From: Eledone cirrhosa | Taxonomy: Eukaryota | Direction of reading: 5' to 3' | Length of the DNA stretch: 64,000 bases | Assembly (NCBI GenBank): GCA_964016885.1 | Contig: OZ024741.1 | Location: 54,002,001-54,066,000 of the forward strand | Part shown: piece after piece, positions 43,470-56,470 of the stretch | Layout of the letters: each line of letters starts with the position of its first letter | Position numbering within the stretch: position 1 is the stretch's first letter | The notes under the pieces: generated by a model | Seen by the model: the letters and a program-made list of their open reading frames with translations, nothing else | Database searches by the model: none | Told to the model about the DNA's origin: nothing | Position numbers and translations under genes: made by a program

Positions 43470-44399
43470 GTGTATACTAACAGTGTACCAGACATTAGCC
43501 CAAGTTAAAAGTAGCTTATGTACGAGAATTGTTAATGAAGGTATACTCAGTCAAATAGGACACAATTTGATTTCTCTTGAAAAATTAGCGATCATGTAAG
43601 AAATTAATTTCATTTTCATGTTTACAAAACGATGTCTAATGAACTGTGGTGTATATACGCACTCAATACTATTTTATAATTGACTATTATGTAAGCTATA
43701 TAGTTCTTTCATGCGTATTAAATATGAACACAGTTTTACTTGACAGAGAAAACATTTTTCAATAAATTGAAACTATTATTCAACATTATGTTTTATAAAT
43801 ATGAAGTATCGAAGCGTTTAGTTAGATTTGAAATTCTTAAAGACGTAGAATCCCAATCGCATAAAATAGCTATAGGCAACTTTTCTTAAAATGTGTAGAA
43901 ATCTGAATGGCCAAAGGTAATCAACACATACCAATATTGGAACTAACCAGAAGTAATACTTGAAATAATAAAGAAATGTAATTAAGAATCGTGATGAATC
44001 CCACTTTTATGACATTAGTTCTGTAACCATTATAGACTTAGACATTTTGAATACTATCATCACCATCCTTAAGGCACACAATGGCTTTGGTTTTACAAGA
44101 TTTTAAGGGGTTCCAGTTTTTCTGCCTCCTATATAAGATTGGCTAAATCAAACTCGAATTCCTGCTGCTGATTATATCAGAGATCATATGCGTTTGGCAG
44201 CAGAGGGCGTTGTGATTGTGGAGCATATTTTCCATGTTATCATGGAGCAGTATTAATAAAGTTCCAATTTTAAATTCAAGAGAAATTGAAAATATCAAAT
44301 ATTAAATAGAAATGCGATTGCATGGTAAAAGGCACAAATATGAGTCCTGAAAGATTTGTCTATATGAGCTCTGTGTGTTTAATTCAAGTTATGGAAGAT

Positions 44400-45060
44400 A
44401 TTAATGATTAAACATAATATACATATCGACAGTTAAAATTACCCGAAACAATAGGGACCTTGAATGGAAAATAAAGAATGAAAGCGAGAAAAGATCAGAG
44501 GAGGGAATGTAAGATTTTGTAATAGTATCAGAGAGAAAGATAAGAGATGTTAAAATTATGGTGCTGTGGAAAAGGGATGACAAGAGTGGAGCGGACATTA
44601 TAAATGTGATTCTATTTTTTCGTGGATGAAATAATTATCAGAATAACAATGCTACATTAAGTTGACTGTTCTTTCAGACTAAAATTTCTCGATTTGTGTC
44701 GATGTAGAGAATCTTACAAAAACAATTTTAAAGAAAAATAAAAGAAAAAGAAAATTCATAAGGGTAAACCGAAAGAATATGAGATGGAGTGGCAGGGATA
44801 GAATTCCAAGAGAGAAAGAGAAAGATTGAAAGATGAGTGAAGATGCGGATGATTGGAGGAAAATGAGGAGTTAATATGAAAGAGAGTAGCATTAAAACAT
44901 AGAACATTACGGTACATTGATTCAGTACTGTGGTGCTAACGTGACGCAGGAAATAGCTACAAGCAAAGCTAAAATGCGAAGGCTATGTACAAAAAAAGTG
45001 AAAATGTAATGGTGATGAGAAGTAGAAAAGATTGCTTGAAGCATTCCGAGAGCGATGATG
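44400..45060 (-). mobile_element. Possible old CR1/L2-type LINE 3' remnant
   Basis: Only weak motifs (LGML..F, LYIAF, WNSIP, YYKILH), not convincingly in order. Confidence 0.25.
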
Positions 45061-45419
45061 TCACATACAGACATTATAAAATATATATATTGCCGCGCTG
45101 TTTTCCATATCTTAATAGATTTGAGATTTCATACGATATATATTGTAGAAAAGGTTTTAAATAAAGGTAAAGCATATTAATTATGTCTACCTCAGTGAAA
45201 TTCAATTTCCTAATTTGAATTAAACAGGAGCGTCCCTCCCTCAAACTAGTAACAAAGGCTTTCAGTATTAATGCTCATTTTTTGAATTTACCAACAGCTT
45301 AATATTAGTAAGTCATTCTACGCAACAGATGTTCATACATATTTAATGCTCTTATATATATATATTTACAAATGAACACGTCGCAGTTTCATTTGGAACA
45401 TTTTTGTTTATCATCGACC

Positions 45420-47418
45420 GTTACGGACGTTTAGCAAATGATTGGCTCGAGGTTAGTATGGATGTGATGAATCTGACTCCAGTATCGATCTGCCTATAAG
45501 ACATGCTGATTCGACTATGAAATGTTTTTGAGCGAATGACAATGTCTAATGGGCAGATCGATACTGGAGTCAAACACAAGAACAAAAGAACACGCAAACA
45601 ACTGAAATGGCAGACAACAAACACAAACACACTACCACCACAATCATTCAAACCCAAACAAGTGAAACCCCAACAACAACAAAACACAGAAAACTTCGTG
45701 CTTATAAGAAGGGTCGACCAGGAACTGATGGCCCCCATAACACGAAGGCAACAAATCTAAAAAGATAGGGAGGTTTTAGAATGAACACATTTCGCGTGCC
45801 AGCTTATTTTTGTTGGTACGAATGTCACTCGCCAACTACAAAGGGATTAGGCAGTCTTTCTCGTGACGTGGTTACATAGAATATACTGCGAAAATCAGAC
45901 AGCTTAAGCGGTTCCCAAAAGAAACTCCACTAAATATGGAGGTCGAAACACCGTACCTCTACATGCCACCAGGAGATAAGTAAACCTTTTCTCTCTCTTT
46001 TAGCCTGCCAACATGGTCATCATAAGAGAAGAATGTTTAAATGTTCGTGGCTTGGAATCGTCCTGAAAGCAGGCTCGCCTGTTAAACGAGCTCAGGTCGC
46101 TAGGTATGGATGTGACTGCCGTCAGCAAGATCAGGGTTTCCGACATGCGCGCACTAGCCCCCATTTTCGACGACTATCAGATCTTCGCATCTCTTAGTCG
46201 GCCGAAAATGGGAGGTGGGATTGCAGTGCTGTTTAGTAAAGGCCTCGGTCTCGAGGCAAGGTCGATCTTCCTTGGGTCGGGGAGTAAGTTGGTGGTCATG
46301 GACGTGAGCAATAGTGAAGGTGGTGCCTGATTTCTTTAGGGACCTGGAAGCCTTTCTAAGTACATCTCGACCTTTACTGTTAGCGGCGCACTGGAACCGA
46401 ATTTTAGACGTTTGAGAGGAGGGATATCAGCAACACGTGCTGGAGCGTTCTCAGAAAAGAGATTAGAGTAATGTTGATAGGTTTTAGCAAAGAAGTAACA
46501 TTAGACATAAATACGAGGGGAAGATAACGTAGACGAGGCTATTTGTAGAGGTATTGCAACTGACGTGCTAGCTGCGAGAATGACATTAGCCATTTCTTCA
46601 ATGTGAAACATGAAGGGTGCAGTGTCAGAGTTAAGGCACCTCCTCGAAGAAACGTGGGAACCAAAACTGCTCGATGGGCTCGCGTGGCAGAGTCGAAGTG
46701 TGGTAACAAAACCACAATTAGGTATTTTATGGACCGAATCGAACGCGAGCTGAACGATTCCAGATAGATGTGTAGGCCGTTCGTCATTACATTGCTCGGA
46801 TGAAATTACTGTCAGATGAACCTGCCCGAGATGCGCGCCGAGCGACAAAACCGTTCTGCGCAGTTTCCGTGCATTACTGTTTTGTGGAGTTATGTCGAAC
46901 ATCTATTTTCGCCGTGAAGAGCAGCAAGTTTTCTTCTGTCTGGTCGCAGTAGCGAAATAGATTGTGTAGTGGACCAGGTTAAAAGGACTGAATACAGACA
47001 GTTTTCTTTTCGTCCAATCCCTCATCAACTTTTTAGAGTTTCACGCAGAAAGGAAATTTTTGGTAGAGAGAGTCGTGCTGCTCCCAGTACGTTTGCCAAA
47101 AGGTGGGTGAATGTGGCGAGAATGGCCCGTCGGAATGGGCCTACTCCGAACATGCACCTGTAGGTTGGTTAATTTGAGCGTGAGTGGGGTACTCTTTCTG
47201 GATGATCTCGAAGCGTCAGGTCGTTCAGGATTTGTGGTGTACCTGAGTCGCCCCTGGGTGGTTTTCCCCAACTATTGGGGGTATTTTAAATGTTGTAATT
47301 TTTATTATTATTGTTTTATATTTTTTACTCGATTTTTTTTAAACCACCACTGTACCCGTCTATTGTAGTATCCCCTAAATGACGGCCCTTTTGGCCAATA
47401 AATGAAACCATTATTATT
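45420..47418 (+). mobile_element. Internally deleted Tx1-clade element related to 28531-34453
   Basis: APE N-terminus (LNVRGLESS*KQARLLNELRSL...ALAPIFDDY..GGGIAVLF), then HFFNVKHEGC, CPRC, RWVNVARMARRNGPT*, AATAAA at 47397 and a ttatta tail. The RT is absent and the 5' boundary is approximate. Confidence 0.85.
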
Positions 47419-47427
47419 TGTAGCATT

Positions 47428-47596
47428 GAGTTATGGCCCTTTACATTCTAAGTTCAAATCCCCCCGGGGGTAGCTTTGCCTTTAATCCTTACGGGGTCGA
47501 TAAAATAAAGTACCTGTCACGAACTGGGGTCGATTTAATCGACTTTCCCCTCCTCCAAAATTGCTGGACGTGTGCCTATATAAGAAAACATTATTG
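47428..47596 (+). mobile_element. SINE fragment
   Basis: agttcaaatcc...tttgcctttaatccttacggggtcgataaaataaagtacc...gctggacgtgtgcct..aaacattatt. Confidence 0.8.
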
Positions 47597-48153
47597 TTGT
47601 TTTTGTTGTTGTAGTAGTTGTTATTTTCATCCTTAAGCTCCTCCTCCATACCTTTATAACCAACAACATTTTTATTGTCATCTGGTTTCTTCTTTCTGAG
47701 ATTATGTTATTCTCTTTCCTCCTTTCACTCACTTCCGTTTGATATTACTCATTATATCTGTTTTACCTTCTTTTTTTTCTTTCCTGTCATCAATTTCATG
47801 TTCCTCCTTTTTCACAATATTCCTGTCTACATCGACAGATAACTGTGTATCACAATTTTACTATTTTGTTTATATTCTTTTCTTCTATTATACACTTTAC
47901 TATTGTTGTTCTTATTTGTGTCTTTATATATAAAATCCGATGTCCAACGTCACATTAAAAAAAAATCTTGAATGTTAAATTTTATATAAACTTCTATATC
48001 TTTGAATTTTAGCGTATATATGCCTTGATTTATTAACATGTTTAACGCCTACACAAGCTTGCACTTTAAAATGCAATTTTATTCAAACGGAAAAAACGAC
48101 GGGGAAAAAAATCTAAATTTTTAATAGTTGTCATATATTTTATATATATATAT

Positions 48154-48547
48154 GATGGCTGCCCCCTCGTTATCGAGTATGGCCATTGCACGATATACCA
48201 TTATTAATAATTATTAATTAATTCTATCGTACAATGCCTGTGCATTGCCTGTACCTGTGCCTCAGTTGCCTGAGTTGCTTCTCCTAGAAGAAAGCCCTGA
48301 CAAAGGCTAGTGGTCCTTCACTCCCAGTGGTTTAACTGCGCGGTACATGTGTATATATATATTTACATATTTCGGATGGCCGTTGACTCTTATGAGTTCT
48401 TCCGCCCTTTGTCAGGTTTTGTTTTTTGTCCTGCAGGCTGTCGAAAATCACCCTCCTCACCAAATATACTTGGTGGGGTAGCCGGTTTCGTCGCCGACGA
48501 CCCGACTATGCGACAGGTTATACTGGGTTACATGTTACCAGTAGCAC
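48154..48547 (-). mobile_element. Second copy of the RTE 5'UTR-like repeat
   Basis: ggatggccgttgactc...gacccgactatgcgacaggttatactgggttacatgttaccagtagca matches 43200-43371. Confidence 0.6.
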
Positions 48548-48605
48548 TCAAGAGTGAACCGACACTTTAGTCTTCAAATTTATTATTATTACTATATATA
48601 TACAA

Positions 48606-48652
<47 letters not shown>

Positions 48653-48657
<5 letters not shown>

Positions 48658-48939
48658 CATGTGAGTTTAACCATTACTGTATGGAGAACAATACCTACAG
48701 GTTAGCAATTAAATAGAAAAAGTCAGAATCAAATCTCTGAAGTAGAGTTTTAAATTACTAACCGTATAACTATAAGCTTGCTGATACGAATTTAGTTCGT
48801 ATCAGCAAGCTTATAGTTATAAGGTTAGTAATTTAAAACTCTACTTCAGAGATTTGATTCTAACTTAGTTTTTTTCTATTTAATTGCTAACCTGTAGGTA
48901 TTATTCTCCATACAGTAACGGTTAAACTCACATGTAATA
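48653..48939. repeat. Fold-back palindrome, arms of about 138 bp, 5-nt loop
   Basis: Centre gctgatacgaa-tttag-ttcgtatcagc (loop 48791-48795). A one-sided extension of about 45 bp follows, with (TA)n on both sides. Confidence 0.92.
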
Positions 48940-49179
48940 ATTTTTTACACACATCTCACTGTGTAACACACTTCTCTCTGTGTAATATATATATATATAT
49001 ATATATATAGTAATAATAATAAATTTGGAAACTAAAATCCAAAGAGTCCTCGATAAGGATAAATATATATCAAATATATAAGAACCGTAGAGCAAATATT
49101 TATTAAAATAACAGATTAAAGTTTAAGCAAAGAATCGCTGCTTTCACCTGTTAAGATTCTTTGCTTAAACTTTAATCTG

Positions 49180-49233
<54 letters not shown>

Positions 49234-49236
<3 letters not shown>

Positions 49237-50257
49237 TTAAAACAATGAAATAAAAAGTCAAGTCATTAGAGATATACTTCACTGCTTTACGATCGTTTCT
49301 AGATGATGATAATACATTGTAGCTATCTCAGTTATTGATCTATGTAAAGTTAGTTACAAACTATCAGATAAAAAGAATATTTACCTACATGCATATCACC
49401 AGCTGTTTTCAAAAGCAATAATAATTTTATTCAATAATAATTTTATTCAGAATTAGTAGTATGTTAGTATCATGTCCTTATCTGGAGGAGTTGAAGAACT
49501 AAACGAATCAAATTGTTTTTTTCATATGATGTTAAGATGAAAAGTAATATACTTTAGTTGAGGTCATGACCCTTTGAAAGGAATGGTTGAATGGTGTTAA
49601 TAGTAGAATTGGCATAAAAATCTATTAGGAGGAAAGGGATTGTCAAACTGATAGTTGAATCTATCTGGTATAGTGAATTTAAAAGGAATGTCAAAATGAA
49701 TGGTGATTAGTGTTGTATTGAGTTTTAAGGTGAATATAAATTAAGGTTATGGCTAGGAAAGATAGTATATTAAAAGATGAAAATTATAATAAGATAATTG
49801 TTTCTACTATTGGCACAAGGCCAGAAATTAACCAGTACATTACTGGTACTTTATTTTATCGACAGTAATGCGATAATATACAACTTAACCAACACAATAT
49901 AGTACTGTGTGGTAAATTTCATTTAGTATAATATAGCATATGATACGCTCTAAAATACTATCCAGTATGTTTATGCATAAATAATCAAACTCAGATAAAT
50001 ACATGTTGGCATAGTTAAAACACATAAATTTCATAGATTACAAAGTGCATATATATACACTATATAGAGAGAGAGGTACAGTTAAATTGATATCCAACTA
50101 AAAATATACATACGCACAAATAGATGCAAATCTAAATACACTTTTACACGTATGCATATAATCATATACATACATATCCATACATATCTATATCCACACA
50201 TACACATCTATACCCACATATATACATATATATATACATACATATATACACACACAC

Positions 50258-50341
<84 letters not shown>

Positions 50342-50523
50342 CGAAGGAAATGTGGTAAGGAACCAGGTGGACCATAACGCACCAAAGTACTCAATACTTG
50401 AGGTAGTAGAGTGGGTAATAGGAACCAGTAAGACCCCGACAGCTGAGCTCAAGCCGTTTCGACGGCTAATTCTGAATTAGCCGTCGAAACGGCTTGAGCT
50501 CAGCTGTCGGGGTCTTACTGGTT

Positions 50524-50564
<41 letters not shown>

Positions 50565-51340
50565 ACACACACATAAATATATTTCCATATCATACATAGA
50601 TATATATTTACTCATGCAATTACTGGTGGTTGTGTATCTTGTTGCATTTAGACATTAACGCATAAATCAAAGGAAGCTAAAACATTAAAAGGCAAAAAAT
50701 AAGCATGAATGCATATAATTAGGGGAAAGAGGTACTAATAAATGTTACTTTATATGGAATTATAGTGAGTTGCTATTTAGAATATTTAATTCGGTTTATA
50801 GTATTTAATTAGGTTTATAGTATTTAATTAGGTTTATAGTATTTAAATGTTTTTGTATACTGTGATTACAAACTATGATCATTTCCTGTCTTTTATTTAA
50901 TAAATCGTCCTTAGATTTAGTAATTTCCAAGATATCTCCTGAACATAATCTGCATTCCTCCTGTTCCCAAGATATGGAGTTCTTTGTAGAATTGTGTTCC
51001 ACGATAACTTGAAATCTATTTTTTTCTTTTTATAATTATTTACCGCTTCAGCTAAAGATGTGGTATTAGCTAGTTTAGTATTGTTGAAACTACCAGAGTG
51101 TGCGTAAAATCTGTTCTTAAATGTAGATCCTATATATGTTTTGTTGGAGTCTGTATTAGACAGTAGATTTGTATGCCAATTCTACTATTAACACCCTTCA
51201 ACCATTTCTTTCAAAGGGTCATGACCTCAACTAAAGTATATTACTTTTCATCTTAACACCATATGGAAAAAACAATTTTATTCGTTAGTTCTTCAACAAC
51301 CTCCAAATAAGGATATGATACTAACATACTACTAATTCTG
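49234..51340 (-). mobile_element. Decayed Penelope-like element with 5' inverted segment
   Basis: GIY-YIG remnant KTYIGSTFKNRFYAHSGSF..TTSLA..CRLCSGD..LLNKRQEMIIVCNH (about 50850-51170). 51171-51340 is the reverse complement of about 49446-49616. A degenerate hammerhead CTGAGA tag..cta GAA ACGATCGT A lies at 49288-49331. Confidence 0.78.
50418..50528. repeat. Perfect palindrome, 55-bp arms, 1-nt centre
   Basis: gtttc gacggctaattc t gaattagccgtc gaaac, centred at 50473. Confidence 0.95.
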
Positions 51341-51827
51341 AAAGAAACGAAAGAGAACCACACTGCAGTGAATTTCTGAGCAGACTCTTTAGTTGATAGA
51401 CAGGCGAAGAGAGATCAAAGTCAAAGGTATGGTCACAGAAGACGGTGAAAGAAAATATCGACAAGCCAACAGAGTAGTCCAGTGTGAGGCTAAAAAGAAG
51501 AAAGCTAAGGGGTTTGACGAAGGGGAAGGCATACAACGTCATCAAGATTGTGAGGAAAGGATTTCAATCAATTGAATGAGGAATGCCATGTTCTGACCAA
51601 CTTCCAGGATTTATTGAAGAGATGGAATGAATTATCATAACGATGATAATCATGACAACGAGAACACTACAGATGATTATTTAAGTATTTGCATTTGATT
51701 TAATTTGATAAGAATAATCTAATATTAGCGATCCATCGATGAAACACGTGTAAATGTTACGCAATAAATACTTTTCCCAATCTTCTGGATCGTGACGTTT
51801 TAAACAATAATTTTGCAAATTTCCATC

Positions 51828-51865
<38 letters not shown>

Positions 51866-52037
51866 TTCGGTCGAACCTTGAGCTGATCAATAGCGAAACG
51901 TGCGTCACCAACCAATAAACGTAATGAAGAAGTAACCACTCGTCCTTGTTGTCTAGCGCTACACCTCGATACCGACGTGGATCTAAACATCGAGTGCTCA
52001 CCCGGGTGACCCTACAGTAACTCCGCGTTACATTCCC

Positions 52038-52102
<65 letters not shown>

Positions 52103-52365
52103 GGAAAAAATGAAACGAAATTTCATTTCTCACTCTTAGTACGGCTGTTACTTAAATATAAGTATGTATACGTACATACATATATGTATACAAACGTACA
52201 GTAGTATGTATACATATACATACATGCACATATATATATATATGTACGTATGGATTCACCGAACATTTATTATAATGCTCGGTGTGTTTGTAAACAAACA
52301 TCCCGAATTAAGCCGTACAGTGTTTAGCAACCATCGTTGCCCTTTTGTTCAACACTGACAAAGGA

Positions 52366-52408
52366 ACGATGTACTAGTTTCAAGCTTATTAGCTATCGTC
52401 AGCACCGT
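52366..52408 (-). ncRNA. Minimal type I hammerhead ribozyme, intact
   Basis: acggtg CTGACGA tagctaataagctt GAA ACTAGT A catcgt. Stem I has 6 bp, stem II is agct/agct and stem III is palindromic. Confidence 0.82.
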
Positions 52409-52838
52409 ATACCTTCCTGCCAGATGCTTGAACGTCTGAAAGTATATACTTTCCTTATGCATATTAACGGCTGAGCAGCCTAATTTGCATATCCAGTGAG
52501 TTAATCGGCCGGACGCACCGAAAACGATAAACGGAAAAAATGAAACGAAATTTCATTTCTTACTCTTAGTACGGTTGTTACTTAAATATAAGTATGTATA
52601 CGTACATACATATATGTATACAGACGTACAGTAGTATGTATATATATATACATACATGCACACACATATATATATGTACGTATGGATTCACCGAACATTT
52701 ATTATAATGCTCGGTGTGTTTGTAAACAAACATCCCGAATTAAGCCCTACAGTGTTTAGCAACCATCGAGAAATGAAATTTCGTTTCATTTTTTCTGTTT
52801 ATCGTTTTCGCTGCGCCCGGTCGTTTAACTCACTCGAT

Positions 52839-52846
52839 ATGCAAAT
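52839..52846 (+). promoter_or_regulatory. Octamer motif ATGCAAAT upstream of the hammerhead
   Basis: Present in both orientation copies (atttgcat at 52483-52490), about 80 bp 5' of the core. Function is only inferred. Confidence 0.4.
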
Positions 52847-52920
52847 TAGGCTGCTCAGTCGTTAATATGCATAAAGAAAGTATATACTTTCAGACGTTCA
52901 ATCATCTGGCAGGAAGGTAT

Positions 52921-52963
52921 AAGTTTCTGACGATAGCTAATAAGCTTGAAACTAGTACATCTT
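52921..52963 (+). ncRNA. Minimal type I hammerhead ribozyme, core intact, stem I weakened
   Basis: aagttt CTGACGA tagctaataagctt GAA ACTAGT A catctt. Confidence 0.7.
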
Positions 52964-53190
52964 TCCTTTGTCAGTGTTGAACAAAAAGGCACCGATGGTT
53001 GCTAAACACTGTACCGCTTAATTCGGGATGTTTGTTTACAAACACACCGAGCATTATAATAAATGTTCGGTGTATCCATACGTACATATATATAAATGTG
53101 CATGTATGTATATATATACATACTACTGTACGTCTGTATACATATATATATGTACGTATACATACTTATATATATTTTTATATATATATG

Positions 53191-53250
<60 letters not shown>

Positions 53251-53251
<1 letters not shown>

Positions 53252-53638
53252 TAGCCGAATTACCTGCGCCTTGTTGCGTTTCACACATTTTTTTTTTTGT
53301 AAGAAAAGGATGATTGATTTTAAATCAATGATATAATTTATGGAGAAAAACTCCATTATGGTGACTCAATTTTATTGAAAATTGCTGAAATTTTGCGAAT
53401 AGGTATCATATATTGTCATTTACCTATTTTTTTTATTTCATATGAATCGAAGAGAAAAAAGTTTCAGCGGGGGTTTTCAGTGAGGTTTTGTGCCCCCGGA
53501 GAACCCTTTGATTAAAATGAGATATACTTATCCAAGTACCCTGGGCAATCTAGTTTCAGAATATATATGGTTATGGGGTTCTATCTCCAAAACCATAGGA
53601 GTTCATGAACAAACAAACAGGAACAACTTTATATATAT
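53251..53638 (-). mobile_element. Putative non-autonomous Helitron-like element
   Basis: The minus strand ends ..cgcaacaaggcgcaggtaattcggCTAG|T and starts tatataaag..gtttgtttgt, as in Lep1-type Helitrons. The hairpin is weak. Confidence 0.45.
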
Positions 53639-54339
53639 GTTTATACAAATAAAGATTCAGCGAGAATCGCATTTCGGCGGGCAGGAAAAGCGAAGCGAAA
53701 CGCAAAAATCAGAAATGATACTGGAAAAGTGCTCAATAGTTAAAAACCAGAGCTAAACAATGTGTTAAGAAGCCATACAAAACTGAAAAGGTGGTCAAGA
53801 AGGCATTAACCATCCAAGCCAAAAACCAAATCAAGCTAAACAGGTCAAAACAAAATAAATGATAAAAAATAAATGTAAATAGATGTATATATATAAACTT
53901 CGGAAAATTAACAGGGAGAGGAAAAGACAACGAACGAAAACAAAGCATAACAAAAAGCAACTTTTTATAAAGATACAAACGAAAGCCACAGAACTCCAGG
54001 TTCATCGGCGATTGAGATGGTCCTTGAGAGTTTCGACCCCTACCAGCGGTACTGCAGGTCCACCTGTGGTCAGCACGTCTGACACAAGCCAAAGTGCTGA
54101 CTAGTGGAATAAGAGAGAAGACAAAACATTAACCTATACGAATTAGGCTTAAAAGAATTTGTAGTTAGTTAAAAGCATTGTGTATAGTATATAATTGTTT
54201 CTACTTTTGGCACAAAGCCAGCAATTATCCCAGTGCATTACTGGTACTTTATTTTATCGACTCCGTAAAGATGAAATGCAAAGTTAACCTCAGCGGGAGT
54301 TGAAATCAGAACATAAAGGATATACTCTGTTACAAAGCA

Positions 54340-54730
54340 TTGTGTATAGTATATAATGTCAAAAAAATATATCTAACAAGGCTAAGACAATGCAAAATGG
54401 ACGGTAAAAGGAAGGCGACGAAAAAGTTTGTTACCTGGTATTTATTTTTATTTTTTCATCTAATATTATGGGACTTAAATATCCCTTCTTCAGTGTATGG
54501 GCAACTCTCTTTGGAATTTAATTTAAATCAAATTTCAAAGCGATAAGACCGTAAGGTTTTCCTCTGAGATTTCACCATACTATGAAGAAGGGATTTTGAA
54601 GTCTCTAAATATTAGGACCAAAAACTAATAATGAATACCAGGTAATAAACTTTTTTGTTCCCTCCCTTTTACTGTACATTTCGCATTGTGTTAGCATTCT
54701 TAAACATCATTTTCTACATTATATATATAT
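54340..54730. repeat. Old inverted repeat of a PLE pseudo-LTR-like sequence
   Basis: About 54345-54500 is the diverged reverse complement of about 54575-54728. Both arms carry a degenerate (c)tgaagaagggat..gtc(c/t)c..aatattag hammerhead-like motif. Confidence 0.6.
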
Positions 54731-55350
54731 TGGTCATTTTGATTGTAATCCCTCACCTCGCATACGAATATACTATCTATTCTTGGTATAATTATTGTAA
54801 TTTATGTACTTATTCTTTATTTTTTCTTCACTATTTATGTCATTTCGACTTTCGCTATATACCAAATTGTTGTACCTTAGCTTTGTCAGCAGTAAGTAAT
54901 CCTTATTGCAGAAATGCAGTACACAACTGATAACAAAACCAATATTTCTTCTTGCCCGATTTTTTTTCTTTCAGATGAAGTGCAAGTAGAGACAGGAAAT
55001 GCTTACTAATAAATATTATATAATGTAGTCAGCAAGTGTAAATTGTTACGTATTTGTACACAAACATATGTTAAAAATTGAACACAATAAATTCTTCCTC
55101 TGTCTACATCTTCCTGCCTAGTTTTTCCTGATTCTTTTCTCGTACCATATTTATACTTGTAAATACTCCGTAAACTTTTCCTTGGCAATTGTACCATAAC
55201 CTTTTTACCTCGTTACTTATGCTATGCACCTCTGAGGAATGCGCCGAGAAAAAATATTTGGTAAGCAGTCTTCCATATTTATTTTGTTTGTGCATTCACC
55301 TAAAGCAAAATTGATTTGATCTACACAAAGGGAATTTTATTTATCTTCTC

Positions 55351-55415
<65 letters not shown>

Positions 55416-55667
55416 AAAGAATAGAGGTGTAACACACAAGTTATTATATATTGGTAAACGGAATAGAAAATGCTGACAAATTGTTCACAGTGAAAAATAG
55501 TTTAATTAGGAATAAATGAGAATTAGTAATTGTATTGGTTAGTATTCAGTTTTGGTTTTAAGTTTTACCGGTTGCGCATTTCTAAATGCTTTTCAAAAAT
55601 AATTTTGAGATAGAGCGTCCGTGATGTTTGAAAACTATTTTTCACTGTGAACAATTTGTCAGCATTT

Positions 55668-55755
<88 letters not shown>

Positions 55756-55772
55756 CATATATATATACACAC

Positions 55773-56003
<231 letters not shown>

Positions 56004-56006
56004 TAC

Positions 56007-56246
56007 AAACCCCAGGAACGATAAAATATATGACCTCATTCCAACTAATACAGGTCTGAAAGGTCGTGAAAGTGACCCATAAATACGTTGGTGTATAGTG
56101 AAGGCGGGAAATCATAGACTAGTCGTCTATGAACGCTACCAAAAAAGATTTTTAGCAACTAAATAGAACGACAGGATTTTTCTCTACATACTGGAGAATA
56201 TTGAATAAGGTTAATATATATCTGAGGGTACAATGTACCCCCGGAA

Positions 56247-56328
<82 letters not shown>

Positions 56329-56408
56329 GTATCTATATATATATAGTATCTATTCTTGGTATAATTATTGTAATTTATGTACTTATTCTTTATTTTTTCT
56401 TCACTATT

Positions 56409-56470
<62 letters not shown>

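Larger units (their letters stand above)
52099..53165. mobile_element. Retrozyme-like non-coding element: 430-bp unit, about 1.55 tandem copies (-) plus an inverted copy (+)
   Basis: tgaaacgaaatttcatttct occurs at 52111 and 52541 (period 430). The reverse-complement copy spans 52768-53165. Flanks are (TA)n and there is a hammerhead in each orientation. Confidence 0.82.

Noticed and set aside
54015-54080. Hammerhead-like ctgacca...ggggtcgaaactc on the minus strand
   Set aside because: The core deviates and stems I and III cannot be formed convincingly.
54895-55320. Possible host exons (polypyrimidine-cag acceptors) or a DNA transposase remnant
   Set aside because: Early stops follow and there is no recognisable domain.
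56044-56078. ctgaaaggtcgtgaaagtgacc as a hammerhead
   Set aside because: It lacks G8-A9 of CUGANGA and a valid stem II.
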